This document shows, piece after piece, positions 49,155 to 58,800 of a DNA stretch of 64,000 nucleotides; within the stretch, counting starts at the first letter, position 1, and each line of letters begins with the position of its first letter. Source of the DNA: Thermoplasmatota archaeon (GTDB lineage Archaea > Thermoplasmatota > Penumbrarchaeia > Penumbrarchaeales > EX4484-36); NCBI GenBank assembly GCA_029932465.1, contig JAOZQA010000003.1:6477-70476 (forward strand), written 5' to 3'. A program made the translations under genes and the position numbers. The notes under the pieces are model-generated. The model was not told where the DNA came from, searched no databases, and saw nothing but the letters and a program-made list of their open reading frames with translations.

Positions 49155-49576
49155 AGATTACTATTCATCCCATGGAGGCCCTCGCAGTTGCCCTGGCCGC
49201 CACTGCCCTCATCATTACGGTCGCATCTCCACATCAGGGAAGTGAAGATGTGGGTCCGGATCCTGAACAGGTCCGGGAGGGCGTGTCAGCTCTTCTTTAC
49301 TCCACTTTGAGCTACCCGGGGGGAGCTACAGTGACTGTGGGGGAGGCGCTTCTCCTGGCACTCAAGGAGGGGACGGTACCAGAGGACCTTCGGGAGGAGG
49401 TCTCATCCCGACTGGACTTCCTCTTCTCTCCACTGAAGTATCAGGTCATATTCTTCTCTGGGGAGGACAGCCAACCCCTAACCTTCGGGGACTTTGAAGG
49501 GGGTCAGCAGCACCTCTTCCGCTACACCTTCTCAGGGGAAGAGCTCGGGGTTATTGTTTCATTGGAGGTGAGATAG
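49151..49576 (+). CDS. Hypothetical protein with a single N-terminal TM (pilin-like cluster, gene 2)
   Basis: SD GGAGG before TTG, hydrophobic N-terminus, 'ALLYST.SY...TVGEAL'; ends '..VSLEVR'. Confidence 0.65.
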   Translation: MKITIHPMEALAVALAATALIITVASPHQGSEDVGPDPEQVREGVSALLYSTLSYPGGATVTVGEALLLALKEGTVPEDLREEVSSRLDFLFSPLKYQVIFFSGEDSQPLTFGDFEGGQQHLFRYTFSGEELGVIVSLEVR

Positions 49577-52230
49577 TGCTGAGGAGGTTCCGGAAGCAGC
49601 TCCCTTCCATAACCTTAGCGGTCATCTCCGTTATCGCTTTGGTCATCACAGCGCTGCCCGAGGGACGCAAGGAGGGTAAGCTCAGCCAGACCAATGAAGT
49701 CTCGGCGGTGGAAGGCAGAATCGAGGCGTATTTAATGGAGGAGACCGGGCGCCTCCTAGCCGACCCGGGATTCTCAGAGAACTCAACAGGTCTCACAGGA
49801 CTACTTGAAGAGCTTTCGGAAAGACTTACAGAGGGCGGAAGGAACAGAACTTTCACGACCAGAGATTTCCGTTTCCGCCTGGAGGATTTTTCCGCCGTAA
49901 TCCTGCCTATCTTTGGCAACTCCACCCCCTCTGGGGTGGGGAGATACACACTCCTTTGGGGTGAAGGGGGGGTCCCGGCGGCCCTGCCGCTCAGCGGTCC
50001 CCCCTCCCCCCGGGGGATAATATTCCACGTAACCTACACTGCCGCCTTTCAGGAGGGGAGGGGGACCGAGAGGCTCTCAGGGACGATACAATTCGACTAC
50101 TACACCCCCTACCTCACCGCCATATCAGAGTTCTTCTCCTTCGCGAGCGGTAGCAAGGTGACGCTTGAGGGATACCTGGCCAATATGCTGAACGCCCTGG
50201 TGAGGACAAGGGCTGCCCTAGGTGTGGGTACTAGGAGTGGAGACAGCATCTTCGAGCTCCTCTCCCCCCTGGACCTTGAACTCGCCCTGAACATAGCCCT
50301 TCTGCTCTATGAAGTGGAGACCTTCGGCAGCCCGGTGGAGGGTTCCGTTGGAGCCTTAGAGAGGAACTTTTTCAACGTTTCCAGAGGGTTCTCCTCGGAT
50401 GGAGAGGTCAACCCGACCGGTTTCAGAGTCTGGAGCCAGCAAGAGAAGGCGCAGTACAGAGAGTACCTCACAAGGAGGGTCACACTCCCGGATGCCACAA
50501 AGAGAAGGATGGGAGAGCTTTTAAGGAGCGCCGAGGAGAGGGGGCTCCTGTCCCCATCTGAACTTCTCCTGCTCTATCTGGTCTACGACAGGGCTCTTGA
50601 GGAGAAGGGCATCACAGTGGATCCCTTTGACGAAAAAAGCGTTCTCTCCGAGAAGGGATTGGCCAACCCAAGGGACCCCTACTCCACCTTTGACCCAGCG
50701 AACCCGGCATGGATGGCCTCTCTAGCCCCCCAGGACTTTTGGGGCAACCTGACCGGCCTGCACCCCGGCGCTCAAAGAGGTGTTCAGGGCGCTCAGGGCC
50801 CCTTCACAGTGAAGAGAGAGCAGACATACCTTGTCCTGGGAAAAGACTTTGAGGCTGAAGGCCTCTATACCCCCCGGGGCTGGTATACCAACGTCGACCT
50901 CTCAAGGAACGAATCAGAACTTATAAATTACAACAACACGCCGACCCGCGGGGGTGGTGATTGCGAGGAGGAGACCCGCTGTGGGGGAGTACCTCTGCCA
51001 CCCACACCCCCCGACCACGACTTCAGGATAAAATGGGAGATTCGGCTGAGGGGTGAGATCCGCTATACCTTTTCCCTCCCCGGGGGTCCTGCGGTGCTCA
51101 GGAAGGAGGTTGACCTCTCACCAGCCTTTACAGTCTTCTGCTGGTACCCCGAGCGCCCCACCTTCCCGGCTGAGGAGATCACTTTCAGGAACATAAACAC
51201 AGGCGGTGCTGTTCAGACTCAGAACTACTCCATGTGGCTCATAACTCCTGTGGCCAATGCTACGGAGTACTACCTGAAGTACATTTGGCAGGATCTGAGG
51301 GACTTTTTCGGTTGGGGTTACATGCTGGGATCGCTCCTTCGATCTTCCGCTGCCCGAGATATGACCTCATTGCCTGAGGCGGCCCTTGACATCTACGCAG
51401 TAGGGGTGGAGGCCACATCCGCGGGGAGACAGGAAAGGCTTTCAGGAACCTACGCCAGCGTGAAACACTTCATGGAGAGGTACATAGCTGGCAAGGGTAT
51501 TCACCTCTCCGATCTAGGCTATATTGAAGAGGACTCCTTCAACATGACCCTATCCTACCACACAGAGACAGACCTCTTCATCGTAACCGCAACCCTAAAT
51601 AGTGTACGGGTGAGGCTGGAGCTCTACCGAGCCCTGTCTTCTCCGGAGGGGGAGGTCTTCATGGAGATTGCCCCTTCTGGTGAGGCTAAGGACGAGACCG
51701 GCGTTGTGTACAGCGTGAGGCTTCCCCTGTACGGGACCACCCCAGAGACCCCCGGGTTTACACTTGAGGGGGGCTCTCTTTCTGTGAGAGGGGACTCGGA
51801 GGTCCTCACACTTACCGCGAAGGAGCAGCTCTCGGGCTGGTCTCTGTACAGTGAGATAGTTCAGGGCCCAGCAGCGTCGTTCTCATCCGGTGTTACGTCT
51901 CTAAACGGCAGTGTCCTCTGCTGGCAGAGGTCACTTGTGATGGCTGAAGAAGGCACTCCTCTATCTGGCGAGGTGGAGGGGGTTATTACCCACTTCCTTG
52001 AGGTGAATCCCCCTCACCCCTCCCTCCCCTGGTTTTTCTCTCTTCTCGCCCGGGAGGGGGGGAAGCTTTACCTGATCCTCCCCCTGTGGTACCTTATTGA
52101 CCCTGCTCTTCTGGGCGGAGTACTCACGGCCCCTGCGGGAGCTAACATCTCAGATGCCTATATCTCAGTAGAACTGAAATTCACAGGTGGTGGAGGGGGG
52201 GTAGCTTCCCGCTTCACACTGGGTATTTGA
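49576..52230 (+). CDS. Large hypothetical protein with an N-terminal TM (pilin-like cluster, gene 3)
   Basis: SD GGAGGTGA and a TAG/GTG overlap. Basic + hydrophobic N-terminus; 'LNALVRTRA...DLELALNIALLLYEVETFG'. Confidence 0.7.
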   Translation: MLRRFRKQLPSITLAVISVIALVITALPEGRKEGKLSQTNEVSAVEGRIEAYLMEETGRLLADPGFSENSTGLTGLLEELSERLTEGGRNRTFTTRDFRFRLEDFSAVILPIFGNSTPSGVGRYTLLWGEGGVPAALPLSGPPSPRGIIFHVTYTAAFQEGRGTERLSGTIQFDYYTPYLTAISEFFSFASGSKVTLEGYLANMLNALVRTRAALGVGTRSGDSIFELLSPLDLELALNIALLLYEVETFGSPVEGSVGALERNFFNVSRGFSSDGEVNPTGFRVWSQQEKAQYREYLTRRVTLPDATKRRMGELLRSAEERGLLSPSELLLLYLVYDRALEEKGITVDPFDEKSVLSEKGLANPRDPYSTFDPANPAWMASLAPQDFWGNLTGLHPGAQRGVQGAQGPFTVKREQTYLVLGKDFEAEGLYTPRGWYTNVDLSRNESELINYNNTPTRGGGDCEEETRCGGVPLPPTPPDHDFRIKWEIRLRGEIRYTFSLPGGPAVLRKEVDLSPAFTVFCWYPERPTFPAEEITFRNINTGGAVQTQNYSMWLITPVANATEYYLKYIWQDLRDFFGWGYMLGSLLRSSAARDMTSLPEAALDIYAVGVEATSAGRQERLSGTYASVKHFMERYIAGKGIHLSDLGYIEEDSFNMTLSYHTETDLFIVTATLNSVRVRLELYRALSSPEGEVFMEIAPSGEAKDETGVVYSVRLPLYGTTPETPGFTLEGGSLSVRGDSEVLTLTAKEQLSGWSLYSEIVQGPAASFSSGVTSLNGSVLCWQRSLVMAEEGTPLSGEVEGVITHFLEVNPPHPSLPWFFSLLAREGGKLYLILPLWYLIDPALLGGVLTAPAGANISDAYISVELKFTGGGGGVASRFTLGI

Positions 52231-53619
52231 TCAGATGCGCACTCCCAGGGATTTCTCAACGAGTCCTAAGACCTCATCGCACCTTCTCGCAGAGTCTCCG
52301 ATATAGTGCAGGGGGTCTAGTATCTCAGCCAGCTCCTCTCTGCCGAAGAGCTTACCCACCACCCCATCCTTCAGAGCCGCATCCAGCATGTGTTGATCTC
52401 TCTCCTGGGCTCTCATGGCTATGCGGCGCACTACCTCGTGTGCCTCCTGCCTCCCGTATCCCTTCTTTACAAGCTCTATCATGAGTGCCTCAGCCATGAC
52501 CGCTCCTTTGGTCAAGTAGAGGTTCTTCAGCATTTTTTCTCGGTCCACGCCGAGGCTTCCGATGGCACCTTTCAGTTTCACAAGGATATCGTCCGTCAAG
52601 ATGAGAGTGTGGGGGATAGTGAACCTCTCCGCTGATGAGTTAGCCAGATCCCTCTCGTTCCACTGGATGGAACTTTCAAAGGTGGGGGTGAGGTTCGCCC
52701 TTACCATTCTGGCGAGGCCTGTTATGTTCTCAAGGGTTATTGGGTTCCTTTTGTGGGCCATAGTGGATGAGCCCACTTGCGATTTCACGTCAAAGACCTC
52801 GTAGAGTTCGCCGATCTCGGTTCTCTGAAGTGTCCTTATCTCCGTGGCCACCTTCTCCACTGTGGTGGATATGTTGGCCATTAAGGAGATGAGCTCGTTG
52901 AAGCGGTCCCTCTGTACTATTTGGGTGGAACCCTCTTCCCTCCCCAGCCCTAGCTTTTCAAGGAGCCTCCTCTCGAACTCCACGGTATCCTCCACCCCAA
53001 GGGCCTTGAGGGCCGCACCGGTTCCGGTGGCTCCCGACATCTTACCTACAAGGACCCTGGCTTTAGCCTCCTCAAGCCTCTTTAGGTGCCTCAAGAACTC
53101 GGCGGTCCAGACCGAGAGTTTAAGACCTAATGTTATGGGGACTGCGTGCTGGCCATGAGTCCTCCCTATCATGGGGGTCTCTCTGTGCTCCTTCGCCTTT
53201 CGGGCGAGCTCCACTATGAGCCCTTTGAGGTCCTCTTCTATCACGTCAAGGGCGTCCTTCAGCTGTAAGGCTATGGCGGTGTCAATGATGTCATATGAGG
53301 TGACCCCCAGATGGATATACCTACCCGCGTCGCCTCGGCAGACCTCCGTGAGAGCCTTCACAACGGCCATTAAGTCGTGTCTGATCTCCCCTTCTATCTC
53401 CTCGACCCTTTTGAGTGAAACATGTTCTAAAGTGGCCTTCTCCCTCACCTCTTGCGCCGCCTCCGGGGGAACGAGACCCTCTTCTGCAAGCTCCTCCAGC
53501 AGGGCAGCCTCCACCTTGAGGATGTTCCTCACCCTCGCCGGGTGGGAGAGTATTCTCTTCATCTTATCTCTGCCGTAGCGAAAATCCAATGGACAGACAG
53601 GTTCGAAGAGGTCTTTCAT
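52231..53619 (-). CDS. purB: Adenylosuccinate lyase
   Basis: 'RHDLMA', 'H.G.TS.D..DT', GRTHGQHA, GSSTMAHKRNP and ERDLANS. Confidence 0.97.
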   Translation of the reverse strand: MKDLFEPVCPLDFRYGRDKMKRILSHPARVRNILKVEAALLEELAEEGLVPPEAAQEVREKATLEHVSLKRVEEIEGEIRHDLMAVVKALTEVCRGDAGRYIHLGVTSYDIIDTAIALQLKDALDVIEEDLKGLIVELARKAKEHRETPMIGRTHGQHAVPITLGLKLSVWTAEFLRHLKRLEEAKARVLVGKMSGATGTGAALKALGVEDTVEFERRLLEKLGLGREEGSTQIVQRDRFNELISLMANISTTVEKVATEIRTLQRTEIGELYEVFDVKSQVGSSTMAHKRNPITLENITGLARMVRANLTPTFESSIQWNERDLANSSAERFTIPHTLILTDDILVKLKGAIGSLGVDREKMLKNLYLTKGAVMAEALMIELVKKGYGRQEAHEVVRRIAMRAQERDQHMLDAALKDGVVGKLFGREELAEILDPLHYIGDSARRCDEVLGLVEKSLGVRI

Positions 53620-53681
53620 GGTTGTTCATAATGGAAGGCGGGATTAATAACGTTATGCCTTGCCCTTCATACTATTGCGCC

Positions 53682-54107
53682 TCAGAGGTTGACCCTCTTT
53701 CCACAGGAAGGACAGGTGACGCGATCACCTGTGGATGGGTAAATGGGGATAAGGGTCTGACAATGGGGACAGGTGACGAAGTCCTTGGGATGCTCGTATA
53801 TCTCCTCCATAGCCTCCTCCTTCCATTCCTCCTCGGCCTCACCCACCTCTTCAAACTCCTCTTCCTCCTCCCCCGGCAGCTTCATCTGTTCTTCAGGGAG
53901 TTCGTAAATTTTTGTCTCATCCTGGTGATAGACAACCTCCGCTTCCTCCACCGAGACTGTCTTCCCCTCACCAAAATCAAGGACCTCCTCGGAAGGTATG
54001 AAAACAGGGCTCTTTATGCCCTCAAGCTCCGCCTCCACCTCCGCCACAGGGAATCTTTTAAAGAGAAGCTCATCCATATAGGGGCTCTTTTTCTTCTCAA
54101 GTGGCAT
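53682..54107 (-). CDS. Acidic hypothetical protein with a C-terminal Zn ribbon
   Basis: Glu-rich body; CPHC...CPSCG at the C-terminus. SD-like GGTGA before MPLEKKK. Confidence 0.7.
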   Translation of the reverse strand: MPLEKKKSPYMDELLFKRFPVAEVEAELEGIKSPVFIPSEEVLDFGEGKTVSVEEAEVVYHQDETKIYELPEEQMKLPGEEEEEFEEVGEAEEEWKEEAMEEIYEHPKDFVTCPHCQTLIPIYPSTGDRVTCPSCGKRVNL

Positions 54108-54248
54108 ATTGTTCACCAGGAACAAAAAATGGTACATGGCATATAATATTTTCCAGAAGGAAAGAGGTGTCGTACAGCGGCTTTAGGTGAATCTGAGAAA
54201 AAATATATGGGATAAAAGGATAAGGATGCAGCAAAAGGGGTGGTTGGA

Positions 54249-55157
54249 ATGACCAAAAGGATAGAACTTGAAAAGCTCCGTTATGGAAGCGAGCTCATAA
54301 AGAGAGGCTTCGCCAAGATGCAAAAAGGCGGTGTGATAATGGACGTGGTCAGCGCCGAGCAGGCAATCATCGCTGAGGAGGCAGGCGCTGTTGCTGTCAT
54401 GGCGCTAGAGAAGGTCCCTGCAGACATACGGTCCTCTGGTGGTGTTGCGAGAATGGCAGACCCCAAGAGGATAGAAGAGATCATGAACGCTGTCACAATA
54501 CCTGTTATGGCAAAGGTCAGGATAGGGCATTTTGCAGAGGCCCAGATACTTGAGGCCCTGGGGGTGGACATGATAGATGAGAGTGAGGTCCTAACTCCCG
54601 CAGACCCATTTCACCACATAAACAAGAAGCTCTTCCGTGTGCCCTTCGTCTGTGGGGCAAGGAATTTGGGTGAGGCGCTGAGAAGGATTGACGAAGGGGC
54701 CGCCATGATAAGGACCAAGGGTGAGGCGGGAACTGGGAACGTTGTTGAGGCTGTCAGGCACATGAGGCTCATAAACAACGCCATTGCAGAGCTCAAAGGA
54801 CTGGACGATGAAGAGATGAGAAAGAAGGCCCTTGAGATGAAGGCGCCCTTTGAACTTGTGAAGGAGACAGCTGAGCTGGGACGCCTTCCTGTTGTCAACT
54901 TCGCAGCGGGCGGCATAGCCACCCCAGCTGATGCCGCGATGATGATGCAGCTTGGTGCAGACGGTGTGTTCGTGGGCTCGGGCATATTCAAGTCTGAGAA
55001 CCCAAAGAAGAGGGCTAAGGCCATTGTTGAGGCCGTAGCCCACTACGATGACCCGGAGGTTCTCCTTGAAGTCTCGAAGGATTTGGGGGAGGCTATGAAG
55101 GGCATTGAGATAGAGGCTATACCCAGCGAACAGAGGCTACAGGAGAGGGGCTGGTGA
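54249..55157 (+). CDS. pdxS: Pyridoxal 5'-phosphate synthase lyase subunit
   Basis: [44 protein letters not shown] and [10 protein letters not shown]. Confidence 0.97.
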   Translation: MTKRIELEKLRYGSELIKRGFAKMQKGGVIMDVVSAEQAIIAEEAGAVAVMALEKVPADIRSSGGVARMADPKRIEEIMNAVTIPVMAKVRIGHFAEAQILEALGVDMIDESEVLTPADPFHHINKKLFRVPFVCGARNLGEALRRIDEGAAMIRTKGEAGTGNVVEAVRHMRLINNAIAELKGLDDEEMRKKALEMKAPFELVKETAELGRLPVVNFAAGGIATPADAAMMMQLGADGVFVGSGIFKSENPKKRAKAIVEAVAHYDDPEVLLEVSKDLGEAMKGIEIEAIPSEQRLQERGW

Positions 55158-55213
55158 ACATTTAAGCGGAAATCTTTATATAAGAACCCCTTCTGTCCAG
55201 CCCCGGTGAAGAT

Positions 55214-55879
55214 ATGATAAATATTTCAGATGAAGATCGCAGGGCGATAGAAGAGGACCTCAAGAAACACATGAAAGGAGGCATTCACATTCTCTACTAC
55301 GGGGGTGGAGGGGAGTGCCCTTACTGTGAGGATACCCTTGAGATCGTAAAGCTCCTAGCCTCTCTCACCGACAAGATCCATGTGGATATAATTGAGGACG
55401 AAGAGCACCCTCTTTATAAGAAGTACACCCCAAAGTACGCCCCGGCCATAATACTTCTCGAGGAGGACATGACCGACACGGGAATACGCTTCTACGGTAT
55501 TCCGGCGGGGTACGAGTTTGAGAGCCTCATGGACGCCGTAATCAACGTCTCAAAAGGGGTAGATGATGTTCCCGAGGAGCTTGAAGAAAGAATAAAGAGG
55601 CTTAAAAAGAAATACATCCTCTCCGTTTTCATCACACCCACGTGCCCCTACTGCCCAATATCAGTGAAGATAGCTCACAGGCTTGCCTATATCAACAGAA
55701 ACATAACTGGAGAGATGATAGAGGCAATAGAATTCCCGGAGTTGGCCCAGAAGTTTGAGGTCATGGGGGTACCGAAAACCGTTATTTTCCATGACGGTGA
55801 CCATCAGTCCTTTGTGGGTGCCTACCCTATAGAGGAGGTTGTGAACTTCCTTGAGGCCATAGAGAGGGGGCCCGATTAG
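55214..55879 (+). CDS. Protein disulfide oxidoreductase (two thioredoxin folds)
   Basis: Two CPYC motifs, 'IRFYGIPAGYEF' and 'VMGVPK'. Confidence 0.92.
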   Translation: MINISDEDRRAIEEDLKKHMKGGIHILYYGGGGECPYCEDTLEIVKLLASLTDKIHVDIIEDEEHPLYKKYTPKYAPAIILLEEDMTDTGIRFYGIPAGYEFESLMDAVINVSKGVDDVPEELEERIKRLKKKYILSVFITPTCPYCPISVKIAHRLAYINRNITGEMIEAIEFPELAQKFEVMGVPKTVIFHDGDHQSFVGAYPIEEVVNFLEAIERGPD

Positions 55880-58800
55880 GGTTTTGAGATGGCGCTCTTC
55901 AGCTTCCTTACCTTCTCGCCGCAGCTCATCAGGTAGCCGCTGTTATAAAGGTTCACACAGGAGAGGAAGGTTTTCAGGTACGTTGATATGTCTACACCTG
56001 CTGCCCTCCTGTTGTCTAGAACCGTTGAGAATGAAATCAGGGTGGTCTTGAGGTGTTTGGCTAGATGGAGGTAGTTGTAGAGGGTTTTGGAGATGGATCT
56101 GAGGAAGTAGGTGGCCCTGAGGATGTCATCGACCCGTAGGTAATAGGAGGCCTTCTGCAGCTTTTTCTCAATAAGTGCCTTATCGGGCAGGTCCTTCGCC
56201 TCTTCTAACATTTTTCTGACCAGCACTATAAACTCCTCATAAACCTCCCTGGAGACGGGCTCTCCTTGGCCCACCGTGTCTAGCAGCCCCGGGAGAAGTA
56301 TCACCCAGCTGTACTCCTTTATATAGAACTCTTCATCCCCTATATGGCCGAATATGAACTGAGGAGAACTGTCAGGTTCCCCGGGGCTTACAGGATGTGT
56401 CTCCTCCTCTGTCACCTCAGGGGCTTCTCTCCCCTTCGGCTCAGGGACAGTCCTTATGAGGGCCCCAAGGCCCTGCGGGGAGGTTTTCTTCTTGAGCCCG
56501 TCATCCATGATCCTAGCTTTCATATAGGCTTCAGATGCCAGACGTGATATTCCTTTGAACCCCGTTCTCTTCGGAGCCTTTTCTTTCTTCTCCTTTTTCT
56601 TATCTCTTTCCGCCGCCTTTTTGAGGAGGTCGTCTCCGCTACGGAGGGACTCCTCCAGTGCTTTGAAGTTCCTGTCATACAATGCCCTTTTGATCCTCTC
56701 CGCCACCCCAAGGGACCTTTTCTCCCCTGTGGATGTGAGCTGTTGGTACAGCTCCCATGACTCCTCCACCATCTGCATCCTTCTCTTAAGTTCTGAGAGC
56801 TCTGAGTTGATGTTCTGGAGCCTGCCAACCTCTAGTGTAAGGGATTCCTCCCGTGTCTCCCTTTCAAGCTCCTCGAGCCTTTTGAGAAACTCCGCTCTGA
56901 AATCGCGCCAAGGAGGATGCTTTAAATCCCTAAGTTGCAGTGTTATGAGGTCATAGAGGGACTCTATCTTGCTGTATATGTTCTCCACAGTCTGCATGTT
57001 CTGCGTCAGATTAAGTTCGCTGAGGATCTTCTCAAGGTTCTCAGTGGCTTCCTCAACGCTCTTTACGTGCCCTTCTTTGAAGGCCTTCTCTGCCTCCTCT
57101 TTGATCCGCTCGATTTCTTCCATTCTGGAGCTTTTTATCGTCCCCTTCTTTATAAGCGATGTAGCTAGGGCTTCGGCCTCTTCATAGACCTTCAAAAACC
57201 GTCTGTTATAGAGGACCTTCAGATACAGGTCCTTAGTCTCCGCCAGGAGTTCCTTCAGGGCCTTCATCTCCTTGTTCTCTCCCTCCAGGCGTTTCCTGTA
57301 CCTCTCCAGAGAAGCTAGAAGAGCCTCTGCGTTCTCCCACCCTTCCGCAAGCTTCTCACACTTCTCTATATATTCCCTTATGTTACCCGCTACGGTAGCC
57401 TTCTCTACCATCAGCATTGAGAGGAGCTCTTTCTTCACCGCACTCCCTTTCTCTATAAAGGCTTTGATATTGTCCACCCCAGCGCCTTTCAGCGGGGTGG
57501 AAAGAGAACGGATGAATTTCAGGAATCTCTCCGGGGGATCCATTACCATGGAGAGCTCATTTACAATTCCCTCAAGCTCTTCCTTCAGTGACTTTCTATA
57601 CCTCTCAAAAGCTCCTTTTAAGGCCTTGCGGGCTCTTTCTTCAACTTCCCTATAAAGGGCTACAGACTCCAGTATTTCTCCGTTCTGATACAGGGACCAG
57701 GCCCTTGCCCCCTCCGTCTGGACATCTATCAGGACATCTGGATCGCTTGATATCTGAAGGGTCTCCTGAATGATGTTCCTTATTCTCTTCTCGGTCTCCC
57801 GAACGAATTTGTTCAGACAATCTCTGCTCTGTCTTTCGTAGAGCTTTTTAATGCTGTGAGCGTAGAACATTCTGAAGATATCTGCGTGCTCCCTCTGCGG
57901 ACTGCCCATCTCCCCGTAACCTGCCTCTTTTGCTACCCTCTCCACATCGGGGCAGATATCCTTTATTGTTCTCGCCACCTCCGAGGCGTTCTCCGTAACC
58001 TCACGGATGATTTCTGCAAGGCTCTCTTCATACGTAAGAAGCATACTTGTCATGTCTGTCAGTGCTTCCATGTAGAATGAGTAACTATCCTTCAAAAGGT
58101 TTCTAGCCTTTGCCTCGAGGGAGACAAAACGGGTGTAGATGAGATACTTCATCTCCGACCTCTTGAGCTCTCTTATGATGCTGCTCAGGACGTCCATTAC
58201 AATCTCTTTACTGCAGGAATCCTCCTCTGGTGTTATCCTATCCAGATACTCTTTTACTATCTGAGAATATATTCCTCCTACCCTGTCGTACGATTCCCGG
58301 GATATGAATTTCTCTAGGATGTCGAGCACTGATTTGAAGTAATACCTCTCCGGAGCGAAGGATTCTGCGCTCAATGAGATTATTTTCAAAATGATAGAAC
58401 TATTGAGGATGCCTATCGCTCTCCTTCTCTTCTCTTCTTTCAAAACCGCCTCGAGTTCATTGAAAAGTTCGTTGATGCGGTCAAAATATGTCTGAGGGTT
58501 GACCCCCCTCCTCATCTCTTCCATCTTTTTTAATTCATCTCTGTAATCAGATGTGTCGTATCCCAGCCTCTCAAGTGAGGTGAGCTTGACCTCAATTTCC
58601 TTCAGGAGGTAATCGCCCTCCTTCACCCAGAATGTTCTGTTGATCTCCTCTATCTCTTTCTTAATTTTAAGGGCACCTTCTATCTTCTTCTCCACTCCGG
58701 GGAGGTTCTTGACAGTTTGCAGTTCTTTTCTCAGGTAACCCACTGGAAAGTCGTTTTTCTCCATCTCGTTCAGCTCGTCTCCTATGCTTTTCAGAAACTC

